Shown here in pieces: positions 1 to 9,366 of a DNA stretch of 64,000 nucleotides (positions within the stretch are counted from its first letter, which is position 1; every line of letters starts with the position of its first letter). The notes under the pieces were generated by a model. The model worked only from the letters and a program-made list of their open reading frames with translations, was not told where the DNA came from and did not search any database. The position numbers and the translations under genes were made by a program. This DNA comes from Chitinophagales bacterium. GTDB lineage: Bacteria; Bacteroidota; Bacteroidia; Chitinophagales; CAIODY01. The DNA is taken from the NCBI GenBank assembly GCA_026461075.1, contig JAPJNH010000107.1, forward strand, positions 1,127 through 65,126, given 5' to 3'.

Positions 1-866
1 CCTAAAATCAAGAACAACAAATTCACTACTACTAAAACGCCAGAAAAGCTCAACATATTGCGTTGTGCCCCAGATAAATTTTTCACACTAATATTCTTCT
101 GCATCATCTCCTGATCCAATCCCGTCATAGCAATCGTAATGAAAGCACCACCCAATACCTGTTTGAGGAAAAAGCCTTTACTGCCCCACTCCATATTCCA
201 AATCTTAGTCAGCTGCTGCGAACGCATCCCTTCCACAAAGCCACCCCAATTCAAGCCTAACTGTTCTTTGATAAAAACAATACAAATCACCAAGGCTAAC
301 AACATAAACGTCGTCTGCAATAGATCCGTCCAGACAATCGTCTTCACCCCCCCTTGGAACGTATACAATAAGATCATCAAAATCACCACGGCTGCCGTTA
401 CCCAAAACGGAATCTGCCAGGTATCCAAAATAAAAATCTGCAAGACATTCACCACCAAATACAAACGTAAGGTCGCCCCCATCGTTCTGCTCACAATAAA
501 CAATAAAGCCCCCGTCTTATAACTCGCATTCCCAAAACGTTCCAAGAGATAATGATAAATCGATGTCAAGTTCATTCGATAATACAAGGGCAGCAAAACA
601 CCTGCCACCACCCAATAGCCAAGTAAATAACCCAAAGCTACCTGCATATAGGCAAAGTGCGCAACACCCACCTTCCCCGGTACACTCATGAAAGTCACCC
701 CACTCAAAGACGTACCAATCATGCCATAAGCGACCACCAGCCAATTGGAATTTCTGTTGCCTATGAAAAAGCTATGCTCGTTCGCGCCGCGACCGGTCCA
801 CCAGGCAACTACAAACAATAAGGCAAAATAGGCGAGCACTACGCTCAAGGTTAAAATCGGACTCAT
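1..866 (-). CDS. Sodium:solute symporter (SSS family), 3' end runs off the left edge
   Basis: Not in the ORF track. Manual translation from ATG at 866 gives MSPILTLSVVLAYFALLFVVAWW...FFIGNRNSNW...GTSLSGVTFMSVPG...YTFQGGVKTIVWTDLLQ...GLDQEMMQKN, which are SSS signature segments. The frame is open to base 1. Confidence 0.9.
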   Translation of the reverse strand, partial: MSPILTLSVVLAYFALLFVVAWWTGRGANEHSFFIGNRNSNWLVVAYGMIGTSLSGVTFMSVPGKVGVAHFAYMQVALGYLLGYWVVAGVLLPLYYRMNLTSIYHYLLERFGNASYKTGALLFIVSRTMGATLRLYLVVNVLQIFILDTWQIPFWVTAAVVILMILLYTFQGGVKTIVWTDLLQTTFMLLALVICIVFIKEQLGLNWGGFVEGMRSQQLTKIWNMEWGSKGFFLKQVLGGAFITIAMTGLDQEMMQKNISVKNLSGAQRNMLSFSGVLVVVNLLFLIL

Positions 867-996
867 ACTCAAAACTACTAAAGTAAAGAGCGCTTAGCGC
901 AACCCGGTCGCTTGAGTTCTCCACTAAATTTGTTGCATTGGATATTATTTTGTATTTTAGGAAAAGACAAATACATAACACTCAATCAACTACACA

Positions 997-1407
997 ATGA
1001 GAGGTTTAAACAAAGTTTTATTAATTGGCAACCTGGGCAAGGACCCAGAAATCCAAAATTTCGACAAAGGAGCCCTTTTGGCTAAATTCCCTTTGGCGAC
1101 CACCGAAACCTTTAAAGACAAAAACGGACAACGTCAGGACAAAACCGAATGGCACAATATCGTCGTTTGGGGCACCTTGGCCGAAGTGGCCCAAAAGTAC
1201 CTGCGCAAGGGTATGATGGTCTATGTCGAAGGGCGTATCCAGTCGCGTCAGTACGAGGACAAGGAAGGCAACAAGAAAAACATCACCGAGATTCGTGCGG
1301 AGAACTTCCAGATGCTCGAACGCCGTGACAATGCTGCCGGACAGGGTCCACAAATCGTGGAACCGGGTGCCCCAAGCGAAGTACCCGGAGGGGATATGCC
1401 ATTCTAA
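997..1407 (+). CDS. ssb: Single-stranded DNA-binding protein
   Basis: NKVLLIGNLGKDPE, TEWHNIV, VYVEGRI; acidic C-terminal tail DMPF. Confidence 0.97.
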   Translation: MRGLNKVLLIGNLGKDPEIQNFDKGALLAKFPLATTETFKDKNGQRQDKTEWHNIVVWGTLAEVAQKYLRKGMMVYVEGRIQSRQYEDKEGNKKNITEIRAENFQMLERRDNAAGQGPQIVEPGAPSEVPGGDMPF

Positions 1408-1417
1408 ACGAATTTTG

Positions 1418-1425
1418 TATATTTG
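1418..1425 (+). promoter_or_regulatory. Bacteroidota sigma-A -7 element (TATATTTG) upstream of gldE
   Basis: Exact TAnnTTTG. It contains the ORF-track TTG at 1423, so the real start is probably GTG 1450. Confidence 0.6.
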
Positions 1426-1449
1426 CAGGTCATCAAAGTATTTTTAACT

Positions 1450-2805
1450 GTGGGTACAGAACCTCCCTCGATTATCGTCAATTCGATTTCATCAGCAACT
1501 CCACTCTTGCAAATTGCGCACGAGTCGATATCTATAAGCGAATTGGCAATTAAATTACTCATTACCTGTATACTTATTTTCTTCGCTGCGCTCATGGCCG
1601 GCGCGGAAGTCGCCTTCTTCTCGATGGCAAGTAAAGATCTCAGCAACCTTTCTAAAAAGTACGGTAAACAAGCAGATCAGATCCTCGCCCTCCTAGAACA
1701 GCCGCGTCGTCTATTAGCCACTATATTGATTGCCAACAGCTTTATTAATATCGCTGTGGTGGCACTTACCTATTCTATGCTACACCCTTTCCACCTACCC
1801 GCACTAATCGAGTTTTTGGTGGAAATCGTGGCCATTACCTTCATCCTCGTACTTTTCGGAGAGGTTATGCCAAAGGTATACGCCACCCAACACAATGTTA
1901 AAATGGCCGTGTTTATGGCGGGTCCGATCACCACCATGAACAAGCTATTCTATCCATTAAGTCAGTTTCTAATTTCCTTTACCACCATTATCGAACGTCG
2001 CTGGATGAAAAAGACAGCCAACGAAATGGATGCGGAAGAAATTGCCCATGCCATCGATATCGCCTTGCCAGAAAACAGCTCTAAACAAGAGGTGTCCATC
2101 CTAAAAGGCATTGCCCAGTTTGGAAATACCAGCGTAAAGCAAATCATGAAGGCGCGCCCCGACATTATCTCGCTCGACTATTCCCTGAATTTCGAAGAAG
2201 TGAAGGCACAAGTGAAAGAACATGGCTATAGCCGTATCCCTGTTTTTGAAGATGGCGACCCCGACAAAGTAATGGGTGTTTTCTTCTCCAAAGACATGAT
2301 GGAATACCTCGATAAAGGTGCCGACTTCGATTGGCATACCTTGATCCGTAAACCATTCTTTGTCCCAGAAAACAAAAAGATCAACGACCTCTTACAAGAA
2401 TTCCAACAGAAAAGAATGCACCAAGCCATGGTGGTAGATGAATATGGAGGAACGGCCGGATTAGTAAGCTTGGAAGATATCTTGGAAGAAATTATCGGCG
2501 ACATAAAAGATGAATTCGACGAGCAAGAAGAAAACCTCATTCAACGTACCGCAGACAACGCGTATATCATGGATGGAAAAGTATTGCTAAACGATGTTTG
2601 TCGCGCGCTCGACCTCCCAACAGATGCCTTTGACGAAGTAAAGGGCGAGTCGGATACCTTAGCAGGACTCCTGTTAGAACTATTCGGACGCTTCCCTCGT
2701 CAGAATGAAAGCATCCGTCACGAGCAGTTCGAATTCACCATCCTACAGCTACAGAAAATGCGAATCGCGAAGGTGAAACTTTTCGTTCACACAGACTTGG
2801 CATAA
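1450..2805 (+). CDS. gldE: Gliding motility-associated protein GldE (CNNM/DUF21 + CBS pair + CorC_HlyC)
   Basis: GAEVAFFS, LATILIANSFINI, FGEVMPK, YSRIPV, VVDEYGG..GLVSLEDILEEIIGDI.DE; follows ssb as is usual in Bacteroidota. Confidence 0.8.
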   Translation: MGTEPPSIIVNSISSATPLLQIAHESISISELAIKLLITCILIFFAALMAGAEVAFFSMASKDLSNLSKKYGKQADQILALLEQPRRLLATILIANSFINIAVVALTYSMLHPFHLPALIEFLVEIVAITFILVLFGEVMPKVYATQHNVKMAVFMAGPITTMNKLFYPLSQFLISFTTIIERRWMKKTANEMDAEEIAHAIDIALPENSSKQEVSILKGIAQFGNTSVKQIMKARPDIISLDYSLNFEEVKAQVKEHGYSRIPVFEDGDPDKVMGVFFSKDMMEYLDKGADFDWHTLIRKPFFVPENKKINDLLQEFQQKRMHQAMVVDEYGGTAGLVSLEDILEEIIGDIKDEFDEQEENLIQRTADNAYIMDGKVLLNDVCRALDLPTDAFDEVKGESDTLAGLLLELFGRFPRQNESIRHEQFEFTILQLQKMRIAKVKLFVHTDLA

Positions 2806-2810
2806 TCTAT

Positions 2811-2818
2811 TACCTTTG
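2811..2818 (+). promoter_or_regulatory. -7 element TACCTTTG, 5 nt before ATG 2824
   Basis: Exact TAnnTTTG in an 18-nt intergenic gap. Confidence 0.55.
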
Positions 2819-2823
2819 CTTTA

Positions 2824-4071
2824 ATGGAACAAAGAGAAATCCTACGTATGGCTTATCTAGCCATCCGCGGCCAATGGCTTCGAAGCGTCATCACTATGCT
2901 GATTATCGCCTTCGGAATCATGGCGCTAGTAGGCATCTTGACCATTATCGACGGCATTAAAGGAAGTATCAACAGCAACTTCTCTAGCATGGGTGCCAAC
3001 TCCTTTACCTTCAAAAATAGAGAGAGTGATTTCCATGTCGGACGTAGCGGTAAAAAAGCGAAATCGTTTCCAATCATCAAATGGGAAGAAGCAAGCCGAT
3101 TCAAAGCAAGTTATAGCTTCCCTGCCACCGTCTCCGTCAATGTAACCGCGTCGCGTACCGCGATTGCAGAACATGGCTCTTTTAAAACAAATCCCAATAT
3201 CGCCGTCTACGGTATCGACGAATCCTATTTCGCCGTTTCTGGATTTAATCTCTATGCCGGTAGAGCTTTCTCCGAACAAGAAATACAAGATGGCCTCCCT
3301 GTCGCTGTTATAGGCGCTGACGTCGCCCTTCACCTCTTCCGTTTACCTGCGCAAGCGGTTCAGAAAATCATCTCTGTCAACGAGAAGAAATACCGTGTAA
3401 TAGGCGTTTTACAATCGAAAGGCACCTCTAGATTCTTAAGCTCCGATAATACGATCTTCTTGCCATTACCCGATGTGCGCCGCAACTGGCTTAGCGGGAA
3501 GACCAGCAAAACCTCTTACCTCATCACTGTCATGGCCGACCGACCAGAGATGATGTCGGCTGGCGTATTAGAAGCAGAAGGTCTTTTCAGAGTGATACGC
3601 CGTGTGCCTCTCGGAGAAGAGAACGACTTCGACACACAACGCAGTGATGACCTTGCCACCGAACTAATCAGCAACCTATCCTTTGTTTCCCTTGCAGCAA
3701 CACTAATCGGTTTGATCACCTTATTGGGCGCTGCCATCGGATTGATGAATATCATGCTCGTAAGCGTGAACGAAAGAACCCGTGAAATCGGACTTTGTAA
3801 GGCGATCGGTGCCAAGAACAGCGACCTCCTCCGTCAGTTATTTTATGAAAGTATTTTGATTTGTCAAGGCGGTGCTATCATTGGCATTGTACTCGGTATC
3901 TTACTTGGAAACCTCATTGCCATCGGTGTTTTCGGAGGATCTATGTTGTTCCCTTGGGCCTGGATTTTACTAGGATTAGTATTATGTTTTATCGTCGGAT
4001 TAGTTTCAGGTATTTACCCTGCGATGAAAGCCGCACGCCTCGACCCCATTCAAGCTTTGCGCCAAGATTAA
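2824..4071 (+). CDS. MacB/FtsX-type ABC transporter permease
   Basis: RSVITML.I.FGI, large periplasmic domain, IGLMNIMLVSVNERTREIGLCKAIGA, GIYPAMKAARLDPIQALR. Confidence 0.92.
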   Translation: MEQREILRMAYLAIRGQWLRSVITMLIIAFGIMALVGILTIIDGIKGSINSNFSSMGANSFTFKNRESDFHVGRSGKKAKSFPIIKWEEASRFKASYSFPATVSVNVTASRTAIAEHGSFKTNPNIAVYGIDESYFAVSGFNLYAGRAFSEQEIQDGLPVAVIGADVALHLFRLPAQAVQKIISVNEKKYRVIGVLQSKGTSRFLSSDNTIFLPLPDVRRNWLSGKTSKTSYLITVMADRPEMMSAGVLEAEGLFRVIRRVPLGEENDFDTQRSDDLATELISNLSFVSLAATLIGLITLLGAAIGLMNIMLVSVNERTREIGLCKAIGAKNSDLLRQLFYESILICQGGAIIGIVLGILLGNLIAIGVFGGSMLFPWAWILLGLVLCFIVGLVSGIYPAMKAARLDPIQALRQD

Positions 4072-4125
4072 TTCTTCGCAAAAATTCATTTCGCTCGCTT
4101 AACTTTGTTAAACACCCCCATTGCT

Positions 4126-5958
4126 ATGTCTTCGAAACTAAAATCGACGACAGGCCTACTATTGCTTTGTATAGCTTTGTTCGCTTGTCAGTCAACACCC
4201 AAGAAAAACCCTCAAAACGCGGTCGTTTACAAAGGGCAGGATGGTAAAAAATATTTAGCGCTTGCGGATGCGGAAGTCTTTGATAAAAGCTGGTCGCATA
4301 GCAAAACCTTATTCGTACAAATGGCGGCTGAGCCCGATAATATGCACCCTTGCAATAGCAATAGCGAGATGCGTTCGATCCTCAACAACTTCGTTCATAA
4401 ATATCTCTTGACCCTCGACTTGGAGCAATGCGGTGTTATGCCTGACCTCGCGATAGCAATGCCCGAAGAAGATGCAACACATACCCAATACGTTTATACC
4501 TTGCGAGAAAATGCAAAATGGGATGACGGCAGTCCGATCACTTGCGACGATATCCTATTCTCTTATAAAGCATATTGTTGTCCACTCACTCAAAACCCGC
4601 ATCAGAAGCCTTATTTGAACAATATCAAACGAATTGAAAAGGTGGCTGATAAATCGAATGCTGTACGCTTCGTTATGGAACGTGCCTATGTGCAGAATTT
4701 AGAAATGACCATCGATTATCCGATCATTCAAGAGAAGCTTTTCGATCCGACACATATTTTGCGCAAGGAATCTTTCGAAGGATTTAAAGACAAAAATTTT
4801 AAGGCGAATCCAGCATTAGAAAAATGGGCGCAGTTCTTCAACGACCCTAAAACAGGGCATGAGTTGCAATGGATCAGCGGTGCAGGTCCTTATAAATTCG
4901 TGGATTGGAAAGCAGGCGAAGCAATTATCTTGGTAAAGAAAGCAAATTATTGGGCGACCAATTCTGCACAAATTTGGGATCAACAGGGACCGGATACCAT
5001 TTACTTTAAATCGGTGAAAGACCCTAATACATTGATGTTAGAGCTAAAAAATCAGCAAATTGACGCAAGCACATTCTTGTCAGCTAAACCTTTGTTAAGT
5101 CTGCAAGAAGACTCTGCCTTCAATGCGAATTATAATAGCTGCTTCGTGAGTAATTTCAATTATAGCTATATCGCTATCAACTGCAAACCAGATGGTGTAA
5201 AGCACGGACCGCTTTTTACGGATAAGCGCGTACGCCGTGCCCTAGCCTATTTGACGCCAGTTGATGATATTATCAAGGTAGTCTATAAAAACAAATGTGG
5301 CCGTACCGTTTCGATGGTGTCTCCACTCAAAGCTGAATACAATAAGGACCTTGCTTTGATTCCTGTTGATGTCGAGAAAGCAAAAGCACTGTTAGCAGAG
5401 GCTGGATGGAAGGATAGTGACGGAGACGGTATTCTAGACAAAGTCATCGATGGCAAGAAATGGTCGATGCGTGCAGATATCAATATCATGAATGCCGTAC
5501 CAGATTGGAAAGACATTGCCAATATGGTGGCGGAGGTTTATCGCAAAGCGGGTATTGAATTAACTATTCAGCTGATGGACCCAGGTGTCTTTGTGCAGAA
5601 GAATAAAGAGCACGACTTCGATTTGAGCATGGGCTCTTGGGGAGGTGTCAGCAGCGCCGACGACTTCACTTCTATTTGGAGTAGTGATAGCTGGAAGACG
5701 AAAGGAAATAACTTCACCGGATTTGGCAATGCACAATCCGATGCGCTGATCGATTCTTGTAAATATATTGTCGACTTTACCCGTAGAGTTCCTTATGTAA
5801 AAGCGTTTCAGGCTTTAGTGTATGAAGAACAACCTTATATTTTCTTGAATAGCAGCACCCGTAGATTATTATTGCATAAGCGTTGGGGAAATGCGAAGTT
5901 CTTTATTCAACGACCAGGTATTGCCTTGAACAGTTTACAATTAATACAAGCGAAATAA
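4126..5958 (+). CDS. Family 5 ABC substrate-binding lipoprotein (peptide/nickel type)
   Basis: Lipobox-like LFAC; PDLA, Y.LRENAKWDDGSPITCDD, GAGPYKF, DKRVRRALAYL, AKALLAEAGWKD.DGDG. ATG 4126 preferred over TTG 4105. Confidence 0.88.
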   Translation: MSSKLKSTTGLLLLCIALFACQSTPKKNPQNAVVYKGQDGKKYLALADAEVFDKSWSHSKTLFVQMAAEPDNMHPCNSNSEMRSILNNFVHKYLLTLDLEQCGVMPDLAIAMPEEDATHTQYVYTLRENAKWDDGSPITCDDILFSYKAYCCPLTQNPHQKPYLNNIKRIEKVADKSNAVRFVMERAYVQNLEMTIDYPIIQEKLFDPTHILRKESFEGFKDKNFKANPALEKWAQFFNDPKTGHELQWISGAGPYKFVDWKAGEAIILVKKANYWATNSAQIWDQQGPDTIYFKSVKDPNTLMLELKNQQIDASTFLSAKPLLSLQEDSAFNANYNSCFVSNFNYSYIAINCKPDGVKHGPLFTDKRVRRALAYLTPVDDIIKVVYKNKCGRTVSMVSPLKAEYNKDLALIPVDVEKAKALLAEAGWKDSDGDGILDKVIDGKKWSMRADINIMNAVPDWKDIANMVAEVYRKAGIELTIQLMDPGVFVQKNKEHDFDLSMGSWGGVSSADDFTSIWSSDSWKTKGNNFTGFGNAQSDALIDSCKYIVDFTRRVPYVKAFQALVYEEQPYIFLNSSTRRLLLHKRWGNAKFFIQRPGIALNSLQLIQAK

Positions 5959-6353
5959 TGATTCATCCTTTCAAAGACGGCGATCAATTGCAGTACGAGC
6001 ATACGGTAACGGAGCAGGATTTAGCATCCTTCGCTTCAGGGAATGTACATCCTGTCTATGCGACTTTCTCTGTTGCACGCGATGCGGAATGGTGTTGCCG
6101 ACTTTTTGTATTGGAGATGAAGGAAGCCGATGAAGAAGGTATTGGTACCTTTATCGAAGTAGAACATGTATCCCCAGCCTATCTTGGCAGTAAAGTGTCG
6201 TTCACAGCCACGTTGGAAAATCAAGAAAAGAACAATGTGATCTGTCGCTTTGAGGCAAAGGTTGGAGATCGTGTGATTGCGCGAGGCCGTCAAGGACAGA
6301 AGATTTTAAAGCGCGAACGTTTAGAACAACTTTTTAATTCTATCAGCGAATGA
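5958..6353 (+). CDS. Hotdog-fold thioesterase, FlK (fluoroacetyl-CoA thioesterase)-like
   Basis: VHPVYAT..., DAEW, EGIGT...V.H.SP; ATG overlaps the upstream TAA (TAATG). Confidence 0.75.
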   Translation: MIHPFKDGDQLQYEHTVTEQDLASFASGNVHPVYATFSVARDAEWCCRLFVLEMKEADEEGIGTFIEVEHVSPAYLGSKVSFTATLENQEKNNVICRFEAKVGDRVIARGRQGQKILKRERLEQLFNSISE

Positions 6354-7648
6354 GTGGCTTGAGTACTGATTTTGTAGCGCATCTTAAAAAGAATCCCTAT
6401 ATCGATTTCGAACGATTATTGCTCGCGCATGCGCAAGAGCCCGTGATTAGCGTTCGTCAAAATAAACACAAGGCGAAGAAGGAATGGGCCAACAGTGCAC
6501 CTGTCAATTGGTGCTCCGAAGGTGTCTATCTCCCTACCCGACCTTATTTCGCGCATGACCCGTGTTGGCATGCAGGCGTCTACTATGTGCAAGAAGCAAG
6601 TTCTATGTATCTAGCAACAGCCTTTGCCAATTTAGGTCTTGCGTCACAAGACCTGCGTGTGCTCGACCTCTGCGCGGCTCCGGGAGGAAAGACGACTTTA
6701 CTCCTAGATCAATTAAGTGCAGACAGCCTTCTGGTGAGCAATGAAGTAGTAAAAAATCGCCTGAGCATTCTACAAGAAAATGCGAGCAAATGGGGACGCA
6801 GTAATCATCTCCTTGCATCGGCAGAAGCAAAGCAATGGGGTAAGTTGAAAAACGCTTTCGATGTGATTGTCGTTGATGCGCCATGTAGCGGTAGCGGACT
6901 TTTCAGAAAAGACGCCGACGCCATCCATGAGTGGAGTGAAGCGCAGGTGGGCGTTTGCGCGGATCGTCAAGAAAATATTTTGAAAGATATTTGGCCGGCC
7001 TTAAAGCCAGGCGGCTATCTGATATATAGCACGTGTAGTTATTCAGTAGAAGAGAATGAAGGCATGCTAGAGCGCTTGCAAAACAATCCAGAATTAGAGT
7101 TTACGGTGACGGAGCATCCGAAACGTTTCTCGCCGGATATGATTGCCGGAGAAGGATTTTTCTTAATGACTCTACAGAAAGCAGGAACTAGACAGCCCTT
7201 TGCGGTGATGGATTATAAAGCGAAGTTACATTTACCCAAAGAGCTACAGCACTTCGTTAAAAAGGAGGTTTTGGAAAACCATACCCCTTTTGAGCATAAA
7301 GAAAATTGGTATTTGTTCCCAGCAAGACACTACCTGTTTATGCAGGATTTAAAGTCGTTGGTTTACATAGCGCAAGCGGGGGTAGAAATCGGACATACAG
7401 ATAAAAAAGGAGCACATCCAAGTGCGGCTTTGGCATGGAATGATGCCTTGGCAGAAGGACTCCCTTCGATACAGGTGGATGAAGCGCAGGCCTTGAAATA
7501 CCTCAAAAGAGAAGAAGGCTGGTGGCCCGAAAGCCTCGACAAAGGATACTACTTGGTAAAATTTGAAAACTGGTATCTTGGCTGGGTAAAAGCGGTGCAA
7601 GGGAGGCTAATTAACGCTTATCCGATGGAATGGCGTCTGCGAAAGTGA
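6350..7648 (+). CDS. rsmF: RsmF/NOL1-NOP2-Sun rRNA m5C methyltransferase
   Basis: YYVQEASSM, VLDLCAAPGGKT, VDAPCSGSG, YSTCS; C-terminal PUA-like extension. Confidence 0.85.
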   Translation: MSGLSTDFVAHLKKNPYIDFERLLLAHAQEPVISVRQNKHKAKKEWANSAPVNWCSEGVYLPTRPYFAHDPCWHAGVYYVQEASSMYLATAFANLGLASQDLRVLDLCAAPGGKTTLLLDQLSADSLLVSNEVVKNRLSILQENASKWGRSNHLLASAEAKQWGKLKNAFDVIVVDAPCSGSGLFRKDADAIHEWSEAQVGVCADRQENILKDIWPALKPGGYLIYSTCSYSVEENEGMLERLQNNPELEFTVTEHPKRFSPDMIAGEGFFLMTLQKAGTRQPFAVMDYKAKLHLPKELQHFVKKEVLENHTPFEHKENWYLFPARHYLFMQDLKSLVYIAQAGVEIGHTDKKGAHPSAALAWNDALAEGLPSIQVDEAQALKYLKREEGWWPESLDKGYYLVKFENWYLGWVKAVQGRLINAYPMEWRLRK

Positions 7649-7666
7649 TTCATGCGGGAAATTCCG

Positions 7667-7674
7667 TATCTTTG
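7667..7674 (+). promoter_or_regulatory. -7 element TATCTTTG upstream of der
   Basis: Exact TAnnTTTG consensus. Confidence 0.6.
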
Positions 7675-7697
7675 CCCACTGAATAAACCGGAGGGAT

Positions 7698-9005
7698 ATG
7701 CAAACTGTAGCAATTGTCGGTCGACCAAACGTCGGCAAATCAACATTATTTAACCGTCTAACTGGCTCTAGAAAGGCCATTGTAGATGATTTGAGCGGTG
7801 TAACACGCGACCGTATCTACGGAGAAGTAGAATGGAATGGCATGGAATTTAACCTGATTGATACAGGTGGATATGTTAAGAATACGGATGATGTTTTTGA
7901 AAAAGAAATCAAAAAGCAGGTAAAATTAGCCATTAACGAAGCGCATGCCATCATTTTTGTATTGGATGTCATGACAGGTATTACTGATTTAGATGACGAA
8001 GTCGCAGATATGCTACGTCGCTCTGGCAAAGCAATATTTTTGGTCGTTAATAAAGTAGATAACTACGAGCGTCAATTATTAGCGAACGAATTTTACTCTT
8101 TAGGTTTCGATTATAATTTCTTCTTGAGCAGTATCAGCGGTAGCGGTACCGGTGAATTGTTGAATGATATCGTAGATCACCTTAAGACGATTCCAGCTCC
8201 AATGTCTGAGAAGTTGGAATTACCGAAATTCACTTTGATTGGCCGTCCGAACGTAGGAAAATCTTCGTTATTGAATGCCTTATTAGGTCAGGAAAGAACG
8301 ATTGTGAGTGATGTAGCAGGTACTACCCGCGATTCTATTCACACCCATTACTCGTTGTATGGCAAGAATTGTATTTTGATCGATACGGCAGGTATTCGTA
8401 AAAAGAAGAATGTAGATGAAGATCTAGAGTTCTATAGTGTCATCCGTTCGATGCGTGCCATCGACGAATCGGATGTTTGTATGGTAATGGTCGATGCGAC
8501 GCTTGGTATGGAGCAACAAGATTTGTTGATTTTACGTCAGGTAGAGCAAAAGAAAAAGGGCTTAGTGATTTTAGTGAACAAATGGGATTTGGTAGAAAAA
8601 GAAACCAATACCATGAAAAAGATGGAAGAAGAGTTGAAGAAAAAGATTGCGCCTTTCACCGATGTACCTATTATTTTCATTTCTGCATTAGAAAAAACAC
8701 GTATTTCGAGAATCATCGAAGCTTGTTTGGAGGTGTATGAGAATAAGAATCGTAAGATTACGACCTCTAAGTTGAACGAAGCAATTCAGGAGGCGATTGA
8801 GGCTACACAGCCACCAGCACACCGCGGACACTTGATTAAGATTAAATACGGAACGCAATTACCTGGTCAGGTACCGACCTTTGCATTGTTCTGTAATTAT
8901 CCTAGAGAGATTAAAGAACCGTATCGCAATTATCTAGAAAAGCGTTTGCGTGCGACCTTTAATTTTACCGGTGTTCCAATTAACCTATTTTTCCGAGAAA
9001 AATAA
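7698..9005 (+). CDS. der: Ribosome biogenesis GTPase Der (EngA)
   Basis: Two G-domains (GRPNVGKST; GRPNVGKSS), DTGG and DTAG, NKVD and NKWD, KH-like C-terminus. Confidence 0.98.
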   Translation: MQTVAIVGRPNVGKSTLFNRLTGSRKAIVDDLSGVTRDRIYGEVEWNGMEFNLIDTGGYVKNTDDVFEKEIKKQVKLAINEAHAIIFVLDVMTGITDLDDEVADMLRRSGKAIFLVVNKVDNYERQLLANEFYSLGFDYNFFLSSISGSGTGELLNDIVDHLKTIPAPMSEKLELPKFTLIGRPNVGKSSLLNALLGQERTIVSDVAGTTRDSIHTHYSLYGKNCILIDTAGIRKKKNVDEDLEFYSVIRSMRAIDESDVCMVMVDATLGMEQQDLLILRQVEQKKKGLVILVNKWDLVEKETNTMKKMEEELKKKIAPFTDVPIIFISALEKTRISRIIEACLEVYENKNRKITTSKLNEAIQEAIEATQPPAHRGHLIKIKYGTQLPGQVPTFALFCNYPREIKEPYRNYLEKRLRATFNFTGVPINLFFREK

Positions 9006-9092
9006 ATTTTTTGCTTTTTTTGTTAAATTTCTAAAAAAAGCTATCTTTGCAAGCGAATTATAATTCATTAACAACAAATCATCTTCATTAAA

Positions 9093-9281
9093 ATGAAAAA
9101 ATTATCCTTCTTGGTAGTTGCGGGCGCTATGATGGCTTTCGCTTCTTGCGGTAACAACGAAGCAACTGAAAATGCTACTGCTCCTGAAATGTCAGTTTCT
9201 ACAGAAAACGCTACTGACAATGCTACAGCTACTGAAGCTCCTGCTACAGAAGCTCCTGCTACTGAAACTAAGTCTAAGTAA
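9093..9281 (+). CDS. Small Ala/Thr/Glu-rich lipoprotein (62 aa)
   Basis: Signal peptide II ending AFASC; own TATCTTTG at 9042-9049 and own terminator; GCT/ACT/GAA codon bias. Confidence 0.8.
   Translation: MKKLSFLVVAGAMMAFASCGNNEATENATAPEMSVSTENATDNATATEAPATEAPATETKSK
9228..9269 (+). repeat. 15-nt coding tandem repeat (TEAPA units)
   Basis: gct actgaagctcctgct acagaagctcctgct actgaaact. Confidence 0.8.
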
Positions 9282-9295
9282 TTTTTAATTACTTT

Positions 9296-9327
9296 AAAAA
9301 AGCCTCCCACTCTGGAGGTTTTTTTTT
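9296..9327 (+). terminator. Intrinsic terminator
   Basis: AAAAAAGCCTCC-cactct-GGAGG followed by a T run. Confidence 0.85.
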
Positions 9328-9366
9328 GCCCAAAATTCCGCTCCAAACCGTATCTTTGGTGTCGAG

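Noticed and set aside
347-353. C7/G7 tract in the SSS gene as a phase-variation switch
   Set aside because: It is short, in frame, and encodes the conserved GGVK motif.
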